A DNA stretch of 60,179 bases, counting the filler. It is 5 parts of 5 records of this genome, joined end to end, with 100 filler letters (N's around TTAATTAATTAA, not from the genome) between each part and the next. Parts side by side here need not be neighbours in the genome. Positions count along the whole stretch, not along the records: positions 31,517 to 46,514 come from SRR20825006_2285; positions 46,615 to 54,911 come from SRR20825006_2292; 3 more parts are not named here. One strand, given 5' to 3'. The notes under the pieces are model-generated. The model saw only the letters and a program-made list of their open reading frames with translations. It made no database searches and was not told the DNA's origin. Of this stretch, positions 39,017-49,056 are shown piece by piece; positions within the stretch are counted from its first letter, which is position 1; every line of letters begins with the position of its first letter. The position numbers and the translations under genes were made by a program.

Positions 39017-39568
39017 ATGAAGATCGCAGAAGCAGACATATTGATTGTGCCCGGCCTGGGCGGCGCCAGCGCTGACCATTGGCAAACAAATTGGGTCAAA
39101 AAAATGCCCACCGCTCGGCTTGTGGAGCAGGAAAACTGGACCAATCCAGACCCTGAAAAGTGGTCAGATAAGCTGCATCATGCCATTATGATGAGCACCC
39201 GCCCTGTTGTGCTGGTGGGCCATTCGCTGGGCGTGCATACCATTTCCCGCACCGCGCAAAAGCTGACCGACACTAAAGTGGCAGGCGCCTTTTTGGTGAC
39301 GCCGCCGGATGTTGAAAACAACAAGAATGTGTCGAAGAAATCAAAGCGCTTCGCGCCCATCGTACAAGACCCTATGCCTTTCCCATCGCTGCTGATCGGG
39401 TCAAGCAATGATCCATTTTGCGAAGTGGAAGCCGCCGCCCAAATGGCTGCCGCATGGGGTTCTGTCTTCAACAATGCAGGCGAAATTGGTCACGTCAATC
39501 CAAAGTCCGGCTTTGGTCCTTGGCCAGAAGGTCTCATGGCCTTCGCCAATTTGATGCGACGCATCTAA
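39017..39568 (+). CDS. RBBP9/YdeN-family alpha/beta hydrolase
   Basis: VPGL, HWQ, GHSLG, SSNDP, GHVN, GPWPEG. Confidence 0.92.
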   Translation: MKIAEADILIVPGLGGASADHWQTNWVKKMPTARLVEQENWTNPDPEKWSDKLHHAIMMSTRPVVLVGHSLGVHTISRTAQKLTDTKVAGAFLVTPPDVENNKNVSKKSKRFAPIVQDPMPFPSLLIGSSNDPFCEVEAAAQMAAAWGSVFNNAGEIGHVNPKSGFGPWPEGLMAFANLMRRI

Positions 39569-39574
39569 AACCTG

Positions 39575-40975
39575 CTATCCAGCACTGTGCGACGGCCACA
39601 CCGGGTGGTGACGGTCGATCTTAAAGCTATGGCTGTGCACAATCTCATCATGCTTGTGCGGATGGGTGTGCGGCTCCGGCCCCTCCCAACCTTCATGATC
39701 GTGCTGATGATGGTCTCCATGAAAATGTACATGGTCGTGATAAACTTCATCATGCCGATGCGTCATGGGCGCATAGCTCTCTTTCGGCCAAAACAGCTTT
39801 GCCACAATCAACGCCACAAGGCTTAGCGCTGCAAAAGCATAAAGCGTTGCGCCCATGCCCAAAGCGCTGGGTAAAAAGCCCGCCATCGGATAGGCCAGCA
39901 ACCAACATGCGTGAGACAATGCAAATTGCGCGGCAAGCAATTTGGGCAAATCTTCTTCATTGGCAGACCGTTTAAACACCCGGCCAGCAGGTGTTTGCAC
40001 CAGACTATAGCCGAGCCCAAGAAAAGGCCAAACCAACAACAGCAACATATAGCTGAGCCCACTAAACATCAGCGCTGTGATCAGCACGCCAGCGAGCAAA
40101 ACAAACGCCCCGGCAAACATCACCCGGCGGTCGCCAAATCTTTGCGCCAGTTTTGGCACCAAAAACGCGGCGATAAGCGAGCCACTGCCAAATGCCGCCA
40201 TGGCAAATGCAAGCTCGCTTTCGCCCAATCCCAATTGTTCACGCACCAGCACCACACTATTGACGATCACCATCGCCCCGGCAAAGGCCACCAGAAAATA
40301 AAGCGCAAACACGCCCCGCAATCTCGGGGTCTTGATGTAAATCTGAAAGCCCTGTGTCAGTTTGCGTTTCAGTGGATCTGCCACATTATCCAGCGCCAAT
40401 GTTGGCACAGTCGCCCTGGCGACCAACACAGCGGAAATCAAAAACGCCACACCATTGGCCACAAAGAAACTCTCAAAACTCACAAACACCAGCAGCAGCG
40501 CCGCTATTGTTGGGCTGAGCAAATTCTCCAAATCATATGCCATGCGCGACAGGCTGAGTGCCTTGGTATAATCCTCATCTTTTTCAAACAGTTGCGGAAT
40601 GACCGACTGGAATGTGGGCGTAAAACCCGCCGACGCGGCATTAAGCACAAACATCAGCAGATAAATCTGCCAAATCTCCGTCACAAAGGGCAGCGCCAAA
40701 ACGCAGAGCGCCCGCACCACATCCAGTGCAATCAGCACCTGCTTGCGCAATTGCCCGGGGATAATCGCGCTAATTACCGGCGCGATGAAAATGTAAGCAA
40801 TCATTTTAAGGGTCAGCGCCGTGCCCAACACTTGGCCTGCCGCTTCGCCTGCCAATTCATAGGCCAATAGCGCCAGCGCAATGGTGGTCAGCCCTGTTCC
40901 CGCAAGCGCGATCACCTGCGCCGCATAAAGTTTGCGGTAATCCGAATGTTTCAACACACCAAATGAAAATTGCAT
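39575..40975 (-). CDS. NreB/NrsD-like MFS transporter with His-rich C-terminus (putative Ni/Co efflux)
   Basis: QVIALAGTGL, ALSLSR.AYDLE, AAQFALSHACW, His-rich tail. Confidence 0.82.
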   Translation of the reverse strand: MQFSFGVLKHSDYRKLYAAQVIALAGTGLTTIALALLAYELAGEAAGQVLGTALTLKMIAYIFIAPVISAIIPGQLRKQVLIALDVVRALCVLALPFVTEIWQIYLLMFVLNAASAGFTPTFQSVIPQLFEKDEDYTKALSLSRMAYDLENLLSPTIAALLLVFVSFESFFVANGVAFLISAVLVARATVPTLALDNVADPLKRKLTQGFQIYIKTPRLRGVFALYFLVAFAGAMVIVNSVVLVREQLGLGESELAFAMAAFGSGSLIAAFLVPKLAQRFGDRRVMFAGAFVLLAGVLITALMFSGLSYMLLLLVWPFLGLGYSLVQTPAGRVFKRSANEEDLPKLLAAQFALSHACWLLAYPMAGFLPSALGMGATLYAFAALSLVALIVAKLFWPKESYAPMTHRHDEVYHDHVHFHGDHHQHDHEGWEGPEPHTHPHKHDEIVHSHSFKIDRHHPVWPSHSAG

Positions 40976-41022
40976 AAGCTCTCCCCTTATGGCGCGCAGA
41001 TTTTCATGTTCGCAGCCAATAG

Positions 41023-41053
41023 AAAAGGCCCGAACCAAAGGTTCGAGCCTTTT
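41023..41053. terminator. Terminator after DUF1476 gene
   Basis: AAAAGGCCCGAACC-AAA-GGTTCGAGCCTTTT. Confidence 0.75.
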
Positions 41054-41075
41054 AAAAAATCAACAGTGAGAAAGC

Positions 41076-41402
41076 TTAGATCGCTTCTTTCACCTGTGCA
41101 TCAGCTTTAACGTAAAGCTCGCGCATTTTCTCGCGCAATTCATCTTCAGAAACATTCACGCCAGCCGCTTTAAAATCGCCGCTTACTTTGCGGTAAACAT
41201 CTTCGTCGCCTGCTTCTTCGAAATCAGAAGCCACAACTTCGCCCACATAGGCGTTCACGTCCGCATCGTCGGTTTTGCCCAAAAGGCCAGCCGCCCAAAG
41301 CCCCAACAATTTGTTGCGACGCGCTTCAATTCTAAACTTCAGCGCTTCGTCGTGAGCATATTTGGCTTCTTCTGCCTTTTCGCGATCGTCAAATCCGGCC
41401 AT
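41076..41402 (-). CDS. DUF1476 protein (F1Fo ATPase zeta-subunit family)
   Basis: FDDRE.A.EAKYAHDE...ARRNKLLGLWAA...DFEEAGDEDV. Confidence 0.88.
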   Translation of the reverse strand: MAGFDDREKAEEAKYAHDEALKFRIEARRNKLLGLWAAGLLGKTDDADVNAYVGEVVASDFEEAGDEDVYRKVSGDFKAAGVNVSEDELREKMRELYVKADAQVKEAI

Positions 41403-41676
41403 CTTGGTCTCCGTGAAATAAACGGGGTTGCCCCCTAACAAAATCTCTTCCTCCGAGATAATGGCAAAAGGGGCGAAAATCAACGATTCTGCACAGCCAA
41501 CCCGCCGGAAAGTGCAATTTCGCGGCATTTGGCCGCCCAAATGGCCCAATTATCTTGTCCACAGCTTCCAAATCCCACAAAGAATGCGGTAATAATTCAT
41601 TAAAGGCTTGCATTTTACCCCCAAAAAGGGACATGAAGCAGCCATACATTACATTTCAGGAATCGTGGGTATTAAC

Positions 41677-42441
41677 ATGAGCCGTCGGCGTCGCCTCTAT
41701 GAAGGCAAAGCGAAAGTTCTCTATGAAGGTCCAGAACCTGGCACTTTGATCCAGCATTTCAAAGATGATGCTACCGCTGGCAACGGCGCGAAGCATGAAG
41801 TGATTGATGGCAAAGGCGTGTTGAACAACCGCATTTCCGAATTCATCTTTACCCACCTGAATGATTTGGGCATCCCAACTCACTTTATTAAGCGCCTCAA
41901 TATGCGCGAGCAATTGATCCGCGAAGTTGAGATTATTCCGCTTGAAGTGGTTGTGCGCAATGTGGCCGCAGGCTCAATCTGCACACGCTTAGGGCTGGAA
42001 AGCGGCACCCGCCTCCCCCGTTCGATCATCGAGTTTTATTATAAAGAAGATAAACTCAACGACCCGATTGTGGCAGAAGAACACATCACAGCTTTTGGCT
42101 GGGCGAACCCGCAAGAGCTTGATGACATTATGTCCATGGCCGTCCGCATTAACGACTTTTTGTGCGGCATGTTCATGGCAGCTGGCATCCAGTTGGTTGA
42201 TTTCAAAATCGAAATGGGCCGACTTTATGAAGAAGACACAATGCGGATTGTTTTGGCCGATGAAATTTCGCCAGATAGCTGCCGCTTGTGGGATGTGAAA
42301 ACCCAGAACAAACTGGATAAAGACCGTTTCCGCCAAGATTTGGGTGGCCTGGTAGACGCTTATCGCGAAGTCGCGCAGCGCTTGGGCATCCTTTCTGAGG
42401 CCGATAATGCGTTGGCGACCGGCCCGCGCCTTGTTCAATAA
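41677..42441 (+). CDS. purC: SAICAR synthase
   Basis: [34 protein letters not shown]. Confidence 0.97.
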   Translation: MSRRRRLYEGKAKVLYEGPEPGTLIQHFKDDATAGNGAKHEVIDGKGVLNNRISEFIFTHLNDLGIPTHFIKRLNMREQLIREVEIIPLEVVVRNVAAGSICTRLGLESGTRLPRSIIEFYYKEDKLNDPIVAEEHITAFGWANPQELDDIMSMAVRINDFLCGMFMAAGIQLVDFKIEMGRLYEEDTMRIVLADEISPDSCRLWDVKTQNKLDKDRFRQDLGGLVDAYREVAQRLGILSEADNALATGPRLVQ

Positions 42442-42463
42442 TCAAAGATTGAGACGAAGATAA

Positions 42464-42706
42464 ATGCACGCACGCATATTTGTAACACTGAAAAATGGCG
42501 TACTAGACCCACAGGGCCAAGCAATTGAGGGCTCCTTGTCCAGCTTGGGTTTTGAAGGCGTAGACGCAGTTCGCCAAGGCAAAATCTTTGATGTGAAGTT
42601 GGACGAAACTGATCACGAAGCCGCAAAAGAAAAACTTGCGCAAATGTGCGAAAAGCTTCTGGCCAATACCGTGATTGAGAATTATTCCATCGAGATCGTG
42701 GACTAA
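42464..42706 (+). CDS. purS: FGAM synthase subunit PurS
   Basis: VLDPQG, VRQGK, LLANTVIENY. Confidence 0.96.
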   Translation: MHARIFVTLKNGVLDPQGQAIEGSLSSLGFEGVDAVRQGKIFDVKLDETDHEAAKEKLAQMCEKLLANTVIENYSIEIVD

Positions 42707-42744
42707 TTAACTACCAATTTTTTACCAATTGCGGCGACATTGTG

Positions 42745-42769
42745 GGAACAATGTGGCATCTGGTGCGTT
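42745..42769 (+). promoter_or_regulatory. EcfG (sigmaT/RpoE2)-type general stress promoter
   Basis: GGAAC-N16-CGTT. Confidence 0.6.
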
Positions 42770-42845
42770 GGATATTCAAATAAAAACGTCACAACAATAT
42801 GATAGGGACGGCACATACCTTTTATGGCCGAGCGAGTAAATTATT

Positions 42846-42932
42846 ATGATTAAACGACTTTCGCTAACAGCAGCCTTTTTCCTTGCGTTGGCCATCATGG
42901 CGGGAGCCTACGGCACTGTGCCAATTGCCTAA
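42846..42932 (+). CDS. Putative 28-aa hydrophobic small protein
   Basis: MIKRLSLTAAFFLALAIMAGAYGTVPIA*, between the EcfG-type promoter and a terminator. Confidence 0.5.
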   Translation: MIKRLSLTAAFFLALAIMAGAYGTVPIA

Positions 42933-42973
42933 GTAAAAATCTGGCGATATTTTGCCACAAATATGAATTTCTT

Positions 42974-42995
42974 AAGGGGGCCTCACGCCCCCTTT
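42974..42995 (+). terminator. Terminator-like hairpin
   Basis: AAGGGGGC-CTCAC-GCCCCCTT-T. Confidence 0.65.
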
Positions 42996-43144
42996 ATAGT
43001 TAATAAAATAAATAAATTTTTACGCTTTAAGCAGAATAATTAACCTCACTAATCAATAACCTACCGCTAACAAGCTGTATCCGTTCCTTTATTTACCTAT
43101 TCGCGCTATAAACCCGCAACTATATTTTGCGAGGGTGGACAAAT

Positions 43145-44221
43145 ATGGCAAACGCGAAACGAATGGACTGGGTGGACGCGGCCAAAGGGATTTCAATCCT
43201 ATTGGTGGTCATGATGCATTCAACTTTGGGCGTGGGGCAGGATGCAGGCCAAATCGGCTTTATGCATTATGCAGTGACCTACTCCGCCCCCTTCCGTATG
43301 CCTGAGTTCTTTTTGATCTCTGGCCTATTTCTCTCATATGTGATTGGACGTAGTTGGGGCAAATATGCGGACCGCCGCGTGGTTCACTATCTGTATTTCT
43401 ACGCGCTATGGGCCGTTATTCAGCTCTTCTTCAAAACAATCATCGCATCTGGTGATGTTGCAAGCTTTATCTCAGGCCTGTTCTTTGCGATTTTTGAACC
43501 CTATTCCATCTTGTGGTTCATTTACATGCTGGCCATCTTCTCAGCGGCCATCAAATGGCTTCACAACAACAGCGTACCGCATTGGCTGGTTTTGACGGTC
43601 ACAGCAATCCTACAAATGCTGCCTTCTCAAGAAGGTACAATCATCGGCTATTTTGCGGAATATTTCGTCTTCTTCTATGCGGGCTATGCGTTCGCACCGC
43701 AAATCTTCAAGCTGACAAGCTGGGCACAGAAAAATGCAGCTCTTTCCATTCTCGGCCTCTTGGTTTGGGCAGGTGTCAATTTCGGTCTTGTGTTCTGGCC
43801 AAATGCAGACATGCAGCCAGATCATGTAACCGCGGGTTACGCATCATTGCCCGGCATTCATTTGATCTTGGCCTTCGCTGGTGCCACTGCGATCTGTGTG
43901 TTCTCTGCCCTATTGGCAAAATTCAATATGGCAAAGCCTTTGGCGTGGATTGGAGAACGGTCTTTGGCGGTCTATGTGGCTTTCGTGATCCCGATGGCAA
44001 TCTTCCGCACCATCTTGTTTAAGCTTGGCATTATTTCCGATGTCGGCGTGATGAGCCTGTTGGTGATTATCGCTGCCGCCACGTCCTCTTTGATCGTCTA
44101 CGAGATCGTACAGAAAATCGGCTTTGGCAAATTTTTGTACGAACGACCTGAATGGGCAAAACTCGAGGCAGGCCGGGAAAAACCTGACCAAGCGATCAAA
44201 AACAGTGCTCCGGCTGAATAG
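43145..44221 (+). CDS. Acyltransferase-3 family membrane protein
   Basis: RMDWVDAAKGI.I.LVV..H, FRMPEFF.ISG, LWFIY. Confidence 0.9.
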   Translation: MANAKRMDWVDAAKGISILLVVMMHSTLGVGQDAGQIGFMHYAVTYSAPFRMPEFFLISGLFLSYVIGRSWGKYADRRVVHYLYFYALWAVIQLFFKTIIASGDVASFISGLFFAIFEPYSILWFIYMLAIFSAAIKWLHNNSVPHWLVLTVTAILQMLPSQEGTIIGYFAEYFVFFYAGYAFAPQIFKLTSWAQKNAALSILGLLVWAGVNFGLVFWPNADMQPDHVTAGYASLPGIHLILAFAGATAICVFSALLAKFNMAKPLAWIGERSLAVYVAFVIPMAIFRTILFKLGIISDVGVMSLLVIIAAATSSLIVYEIVQKIGFGKFLYERPEWAKLEAGREKPDQAIKNSAPAE

Positions 44222-44390
44222 TTTTTGAAAAAATCGAATATTTCTTTGAAAAAAGCGGCGCGAGACCTCTCGCGCCTCTTGCTTTTTGGGGGCTTTTTGA
44301 ACCATTAAGAGCCAAACCCAACCGCATCTTTTAAGCGCCCGTAGCGCAGATGCAAATTGTGCCTTTGCACACCGAAAAGGAATCACGCTC

Positions 44391-45080
44391 ATGAAGTCTG
44401 CAGTGATTGTCTTCCCCGGCCTCAACCGCGATAGAGACATGATCGCCGCACTTGAAAAAGTGACGGGAGAAAAACCACATCTAGCTTGGCACGGCGATAG
44501 CGACTTGCCAGACGTTGATTTGGTTGTGGTCCCCGGCGGTTTCTCATATGGCGATTATCTGCGTGCTGGCGCCATCGCAGCTCGCTCACCCATGCTTCAG
44601 CGGGTGAAAGAACATGCGGATCGCGGCGGATTGACTTTGGGCGTGTGCAACGGCTTCCAAATCCTCACCGAAACAGGCCTCCTGCCCGGCGCATTGATGC
44701 GGAATCGGGATTTGAAGTTTTTGTGCAAAGTGATTCATTTAAAAGCAGAAAACACAACTTCGCCTTTCACCAGCGCCTATAAGGGCCACGAGGCATTCCC
44801 ATGCCCTATCGCCCACCATGATGGCAATTACTTCATCGATCAGGATGGGTTGAAAGCGCTTGAAGATAACGGCCAAATCACTTTCCGCTATTGCGATGAA
44901 AACGGCAATGTCACCCTTGAAGCCAACCCGAACGGCTCCATTGAAAACATTGCAGGCATCACCAACAAGCAAGGCAATGTGTTGGGCATGATGCCTCACC
45001 CGGAAAACCTTATTGAAGCAGCCCATGGCGGCATTGAAGGCCGCTACATCTTTGACAGCTTAGTGGCAGCGGTGGCGTAA
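44391..45080 (+). CDS. purQ: FGAM synthase subunit PurQ
   Basis: [25 protein letters not shown]. Confidence 0.97.
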   Translation: MKSAVIVFPGLNRDRDMIAALEKVTGEKPHLAWHGDSDLPDVDLVVVPGGFSYGDYLRAGAIAARSPMLQRVKEHADRGGLTLGVCNGFQILTETGLLPGALMRNRDLKFLCKVIHLKAENTTSPFTSAYKGHEAFPCPIAHHDGNYFIDQDGLKALEDNGQITFRYCDENGNVTLEANPNGSIENIAGITNKQGNVLGMMPHPENLIEAAHGGIEGRYIFDSLVAAVA

Positions 45081-46514
45081 ATGTTGAAAAATCAGAATAT
45101 CGAAATCACCCCTGAGTTGATCGCCAGCCATGGCCTCAATGAAGAAGAATACGCCAAAATCCTTGAGCTGATTGGTCGCGAACCAACTTACACTGAGTTG
45201 GGCATTTTCTCTGCCATGTGGAACGAGCACTGCTCTTACAAATCCTCAAAGAAATGGCTAAAAACCCTGCCAACAACTGGCGACCGTGTAATCCACGGGC
45301 CAGGCGAAAATGCGGGCGTTGTGGATATTGATGATGGCCAGGCCGTGGTCTTCAAAATGGAAAGCCACAACCACCCATCATACATCGAGCCATACCAAGG
45401 CGCAGCCACAGGGGTTGGCGGCATTTTGCGTGACGTATTCACCATGGGCGCACGCCCGATCGCGGCAATGAACGCCCTGCGCTTTGGCGCACCAGATCAC
45501 GAAAAAACCCGTCACCTTGTGTCGGGCGTTGTGGCTGGCGTTGGCGGCTATGGCAACTCATTCGGCGTGCCCACTGTTGGCGGTGAAGTTGAATTTGACC
45601 CGCGCTACAATGGCAACATTTTGGTCAATGCGTTCGCCGCGGGCCTTGCTGATGCCGATAAAATCTTCCTTTGTGCGGCCAAAGGCGTTGGCTTGCCCAT
45701 CGTTTATCTCGGCGCCAAAACCGGCCGCGATGGCGTTGGTGGCGCCACCATGGCGTCTGCCGAATTCGGCGACGACATTGATGAAAAGCGCCCCACCGTG
45801 CAGGTGGGTGACCCGTTCACCGAAAAATGCCTGCTCGAAGCCTGCTTGGAGCTGATGCAAACGGGTGCGGTGATCGCCATTCAGGACATGGGGGCCGCTG
45901 GCCTCACCTGCTCTGCCGTGGAAATGGGCGCGCAAGGCAATCTCGGCGTTGAGCTTTATCTTGATGATGTCCCAACCCGCGAAGAAGCGATGACAGCTTA
46001 CGAAATGATGTTGTCTGAAAGCCAAGAACGCATGTTGATGGTGCTTGATCCTGAAAAAGAAGATGTGGCCAAAGCCATCTTCCACAAATGGGATCTAGAC
46101 TTTGCCATCGTCGGCAAAACAACTGACGATCTGCGCTTCCGCGTGATCCATGAAGGCACCGAAGTGGCCAACTTGCCGATTAAAGACCTAGGCGACGAAG
46201 CCCCTGAATATGACCGTCCGCGGTCAGCTTATCCGGCTCCGTCAGCTCTTGGCGAAATCGAAAGCAATATCGATGTTACGCAAGCCCTGTTGACCCTTGT
46301 GGGCAACGCCAACGGCGCATCACGCCGCTGGGTTTGGGAGCAATATGACCATTTGATCCAAGGCAATTCAGTGCAAGTGCCCGGCGGCGACGCTGGCGTG
46401 GTGCGCGTGGAAGGTGCAGACGGCAAAAAAGCCCTTGCCTTCTCCGTCGACGTGACGCCGCGCTATTGCGAAGCAAACCCGCGCGAAGGCGGCAAACAGG
46501 CCGTGGCCGAATGC
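45081..46514 (+). CDS. purL: FGAM synthase subunit PurL (3' truncated by contig end)
   Basis: [32 protein letters not shown]. Confidence 0.97.
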
Positions 46515-46614
46515 NNNNNNNNNNNNNNNNNNNNNNNNNNNNNNNNNNNNNNNNNNNNTTAATTAATTAANNNNNNNNNNNNNNNNNNNNNNNNNNNNNN
46601 NNNNNNNNNNNNNN
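46515..46614. other. Artificial contig spacer
   Basis: N/TTAATTAATTAA/N. Confidence 0.98.
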
Positions 46615-46636
46615 CAGGTGCGCAGTTTGACATTGC
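46615..46636 (+). repeat. 22-bp direct terminal repeat, left copy
   Basis: CAGGTGCGCAGTTTGACATTGC, identical to 54890-54911. Confidence 0.95.
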
Positions 46637-46735
46637 ATCCGCAGAGAATGTCCGCATTCCGCCCATACTGTGGAAAAAATCCTATTTGCGAGCGCAGAAG
46701 TAACTGTTCTAAATGCAGTGTGAACACCATTCTTA

Positions 46736-46840
46736 TCAAGCTTTTCGTGTTCGCTGCGGTGCAGGAAAAATCTTCACCAATCTGCGGAGGTTTTGGTCGG
46801 TTGCGGAGAGCAGGAATTCGTCATTTGCAACGTTTGGTCT
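46736..46840 (-). pseudogene. Transposase C-terminal remnant, probably IS1182 family
   Basis: Minus strand reads RPNVANDEFLLSATDQNLRRLVKIFPAPQRTRKA*, resembling the recalled DEFLLAATAQNLRKLAK tail; CTGTGGAAAAA IS-end-like sequence near 46668. Confidence 0.6.
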
Positions 46841-47168
46841 GATGAGGAGCTTCTGAGGCAGTTTGTGGAGACTGCGCCACTCTGGCGCTGAAGGCCTCCA
46901 GTCAGCCAACGGTTAGGGCGCGAGGCAACAACCACCCTGCCCGCAGGACTACGACAGCCTAAAGCACTCGTCGTGAGCTCGAGTCGTTGAGTTCGCCTTC
47001 CACGGCGACATAGGGGTGCGCCTGCAGCGAATTCACACTCCGTCCGCATGGCTGATCTTCGGACCTTCTTACGAGCAACGGGGCCGCACCATAGAACGAT
47101 GGGGCATCTTATGTCAGGTGCAGGACACCAGCATTGAGGCTAAAGCTGCCGCAGCCACTTTGATCATA

Positions 47169-48491
47169 TCACTTTAGTCTGTTCGCCGCCTGTTCCGGCA
47201 GCCAGGTCACAAGATCTGGGAAAATGACGAATAGGATTAATACGACGACCTGAATTATGAAGAAGGGGATCACGCCGCGATAGACTTGTCCGATACCGAT
47301 CCCTTCTGGCAGCACCCCCTTCAGGTAGAAGAGTGTATAACCAAAAGGAGGAGTGATATAGGCCATTTGCGCGGTGACCATGAAGAGCACTCCGAACCAA
47401 AGAGGGTCGAAGCCAAGTGTTTTGATGATGGGTATGAATACCGGGACGCAGAGCAGAATTATCCCAATTTCGTCCAGGAACAGGCCAAGAAAAATCAACA
47501 CCAGCAACATGGCCAGAAGCACCAAGTAGCGTGACGATTCCAGGCTTTGGACGAAGTTCAGCACGCTGTCTGCGCCACCCGTCGCCACAAAAACAGAGAT
47601 GAACGCCTTGGCACCCAGCGTGATCCAAAGGATCATTGCGGTGACACGAAGCGTGTCCGTGGCCGCGGCATTCAAGTTGGACAACCGCAAACGCCCAGAG
47701 ATAAGTGCCGATACCAAGGCACCCATCACGCCTACAGCCGCAGCTTCGGTCGGCGTCGCTATCCCTGCATAGATCGAGCCCAGGACCGACATGATGACCA
47801 GCGCGGGTAATACAAGATGCCGCAACGACGCCAGCTTTTCTGCGAGCGGGATAACGGCGGCATTCTGTGGCTCGGGCGCCAATTCGGGATTCAGCTTCAC
47901 CCGTACCCAGATGTAAACACAATAACCGAAAGCGAGGATCAGGCCGGGTACAACCCCTGCGATGAACATCTGACCAATCGAAATCTGCGCGGTGATTGCA
48001 TAAACGATCGTGACCACGGAAGGCGGGATCAAAATGCCCAAGGTGCCCCCGGCACAGATCGCACCCAAAGCCAGCGGTTGATTATAGCCCCGCGATAACA
48101 TTGACGGCAGAGCCAGGATACCCATCGCAGCGACCGCGGCTCCGACGACGCCCGTCATGGCTGCCATGATCGTGCAGATGACCACCGTGCCAATGGCCAA
48201 GCCACCGGACAAGCCGCCAAACCATGTCTCCATTGCCGCGTAAAGATCGTCGATGATCTGAGATTTCTGCAAGATTGCCGCCATCAGCACGTAAAGCGGA
48301 ATCGCCATCAGGGCTTCGGAGGTCATCGTCTCGAACGTGTTGAGCACGGTTACAATCAGAGCACTCGGACCCCAAAGCGTGGCTGTCGCCAGAAACGCGA
48401 TGGCACCCAGCACAAAAGCCAGCCCGGCACCGCTGAGCATGAGCACGATAAGAGCGGAAAACATCCCGACCAGAACAAGACTGCTTTCCAT
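47169..48491 (-). CDS. dctM: TRAP transporter large permease
   Basis: AIPLY, GTLGILIPPS, ATPTEAA, ITPPFG. Confidence 0.95.
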   Translation of the reverse strand: MESSLVLVGMFSALIVLMLSGAGLAFVLGAIAFLATATLWGPSALIVTVLNTFETMTSEALMAIPLYVLMAAILQKSQIIDDLYAAMETWFGGLSGGLAIGTVVICTIMAAMTGVVGAAVAAMGILALPSMLSRGYNQPLALGAICAGGTLGILIPPSVVTIVYAITAQISIGQMFIAGVVPGLILAFGYCVYIWVRVKLNPELAPEPQNAAVIPLAEKLASLRHLVLPALVIMSVLGSIYAGIATPTEAAAVGVMGALVSALISGRLRLSNLNAAATDTLRVTAMILWITLGAKAFISVFVATGGADSVLNFVQSLESSRYLVLLAMLLVLIFLGLFLDEIGIILLCVPVFIPIIKTLGFDPLWFGVLFMVTAQMAYITPPFGYTLFYLKGVLPEGIGIGQVYRGVIPFFIIQVVVLILFVIFPDLVTWLPEQAANRLK

Positions 48492-48979
48492 TACGCGGTA
48501 CGCCCTTTGAGAGCAAAGACAACTTCCGCAAGCGATTGCAGAATGAGCAAAACTGCTGCCAGTGGCAAGACGGTCTTGGCAGGCCAGATAACCGGATTCC
48601 AGGCAGAATAGCTGGTTTCACCGTATTCGTAGGCTTGCCATGCCAGCGGCAAGCTGAAACGCAGCAATATCAAACCAAAAAGCAACGCTAGCAGCGCCGC
48701 GAGAACGGCAAGAACCACGCGCAGCTTGCCTTGTGCAGTTTCGGAGAGGATATCGACCGCGACATGCCCGCCCGTGTGCAGCAGATACGGTCCACCCATC
48801 AGAAAGAAGGGGCCGAACAGCAAAGTAGCAAGCTCTGGGCCCCAACTGGTTGGAGCGCTAAACGAGTAGCGGGAGATCACCTCGAACAGCATGAGCGCAG
48901 CGATGACGTAAACGAGCCATTTGGTGGCCTCGAACGTCCAGCGATTGACTGTCGTGATTGCCTGTGCGGCACGTAGCAT
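48491..48979 (-). CDS. dctQ: TRAP transporter small permease
   Basis: EVISRY.F.APT.W..EL, GHVAVD; 4 TM segments. Confidence 0.93.
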   Translation of the reverse strand: MLRAAQAITTVNRWTFEATKWLVYVIAALMLFEVISRYSFSAPTSWGPELATLLFGPFFLMGGPYLLHTGGHVAVDILSETAQGKLRVVLAVLAALLALLFGLILLRFSLPLAWQAYEYGETSYSAWNPVIWPAKTVLPLAAVLLILQSLAEVVFALKGRTA

Positions 48980-49007
48980 CTTTGCACCTCCCCTTTTGTC
49001 GCAAAAC

Positions 49008-49034
49008 CGGCCTGCTGCACTGCTGCACAGGCCG
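49008..49034 (-). other. Intercistronic stem-loop after dctP
   Basis: CGGCCTG...CAGGCCG. Confidence 0.45.
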
Positions 49035-49056
49035 ACTTTTGTGGTGTCGTTTTGGA

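Noticed and set aside
39911-40870. 319-aa ORF antisense to the NreB-like MFS
   Set aside because: Shadow ORF of a hydrophobic gene; no recognisable motifs.
43145-44221. Acyltransferase interrupting the purS-purQ cluster
   Set aside because: Insertions in this cluster are common and no mobility signatures were seen.
46839-46880. CTGATGAG resembling a hammerhead ribozyme core
   Set aside because: No following stem II with GAAA and no compatible stems I/III were found.
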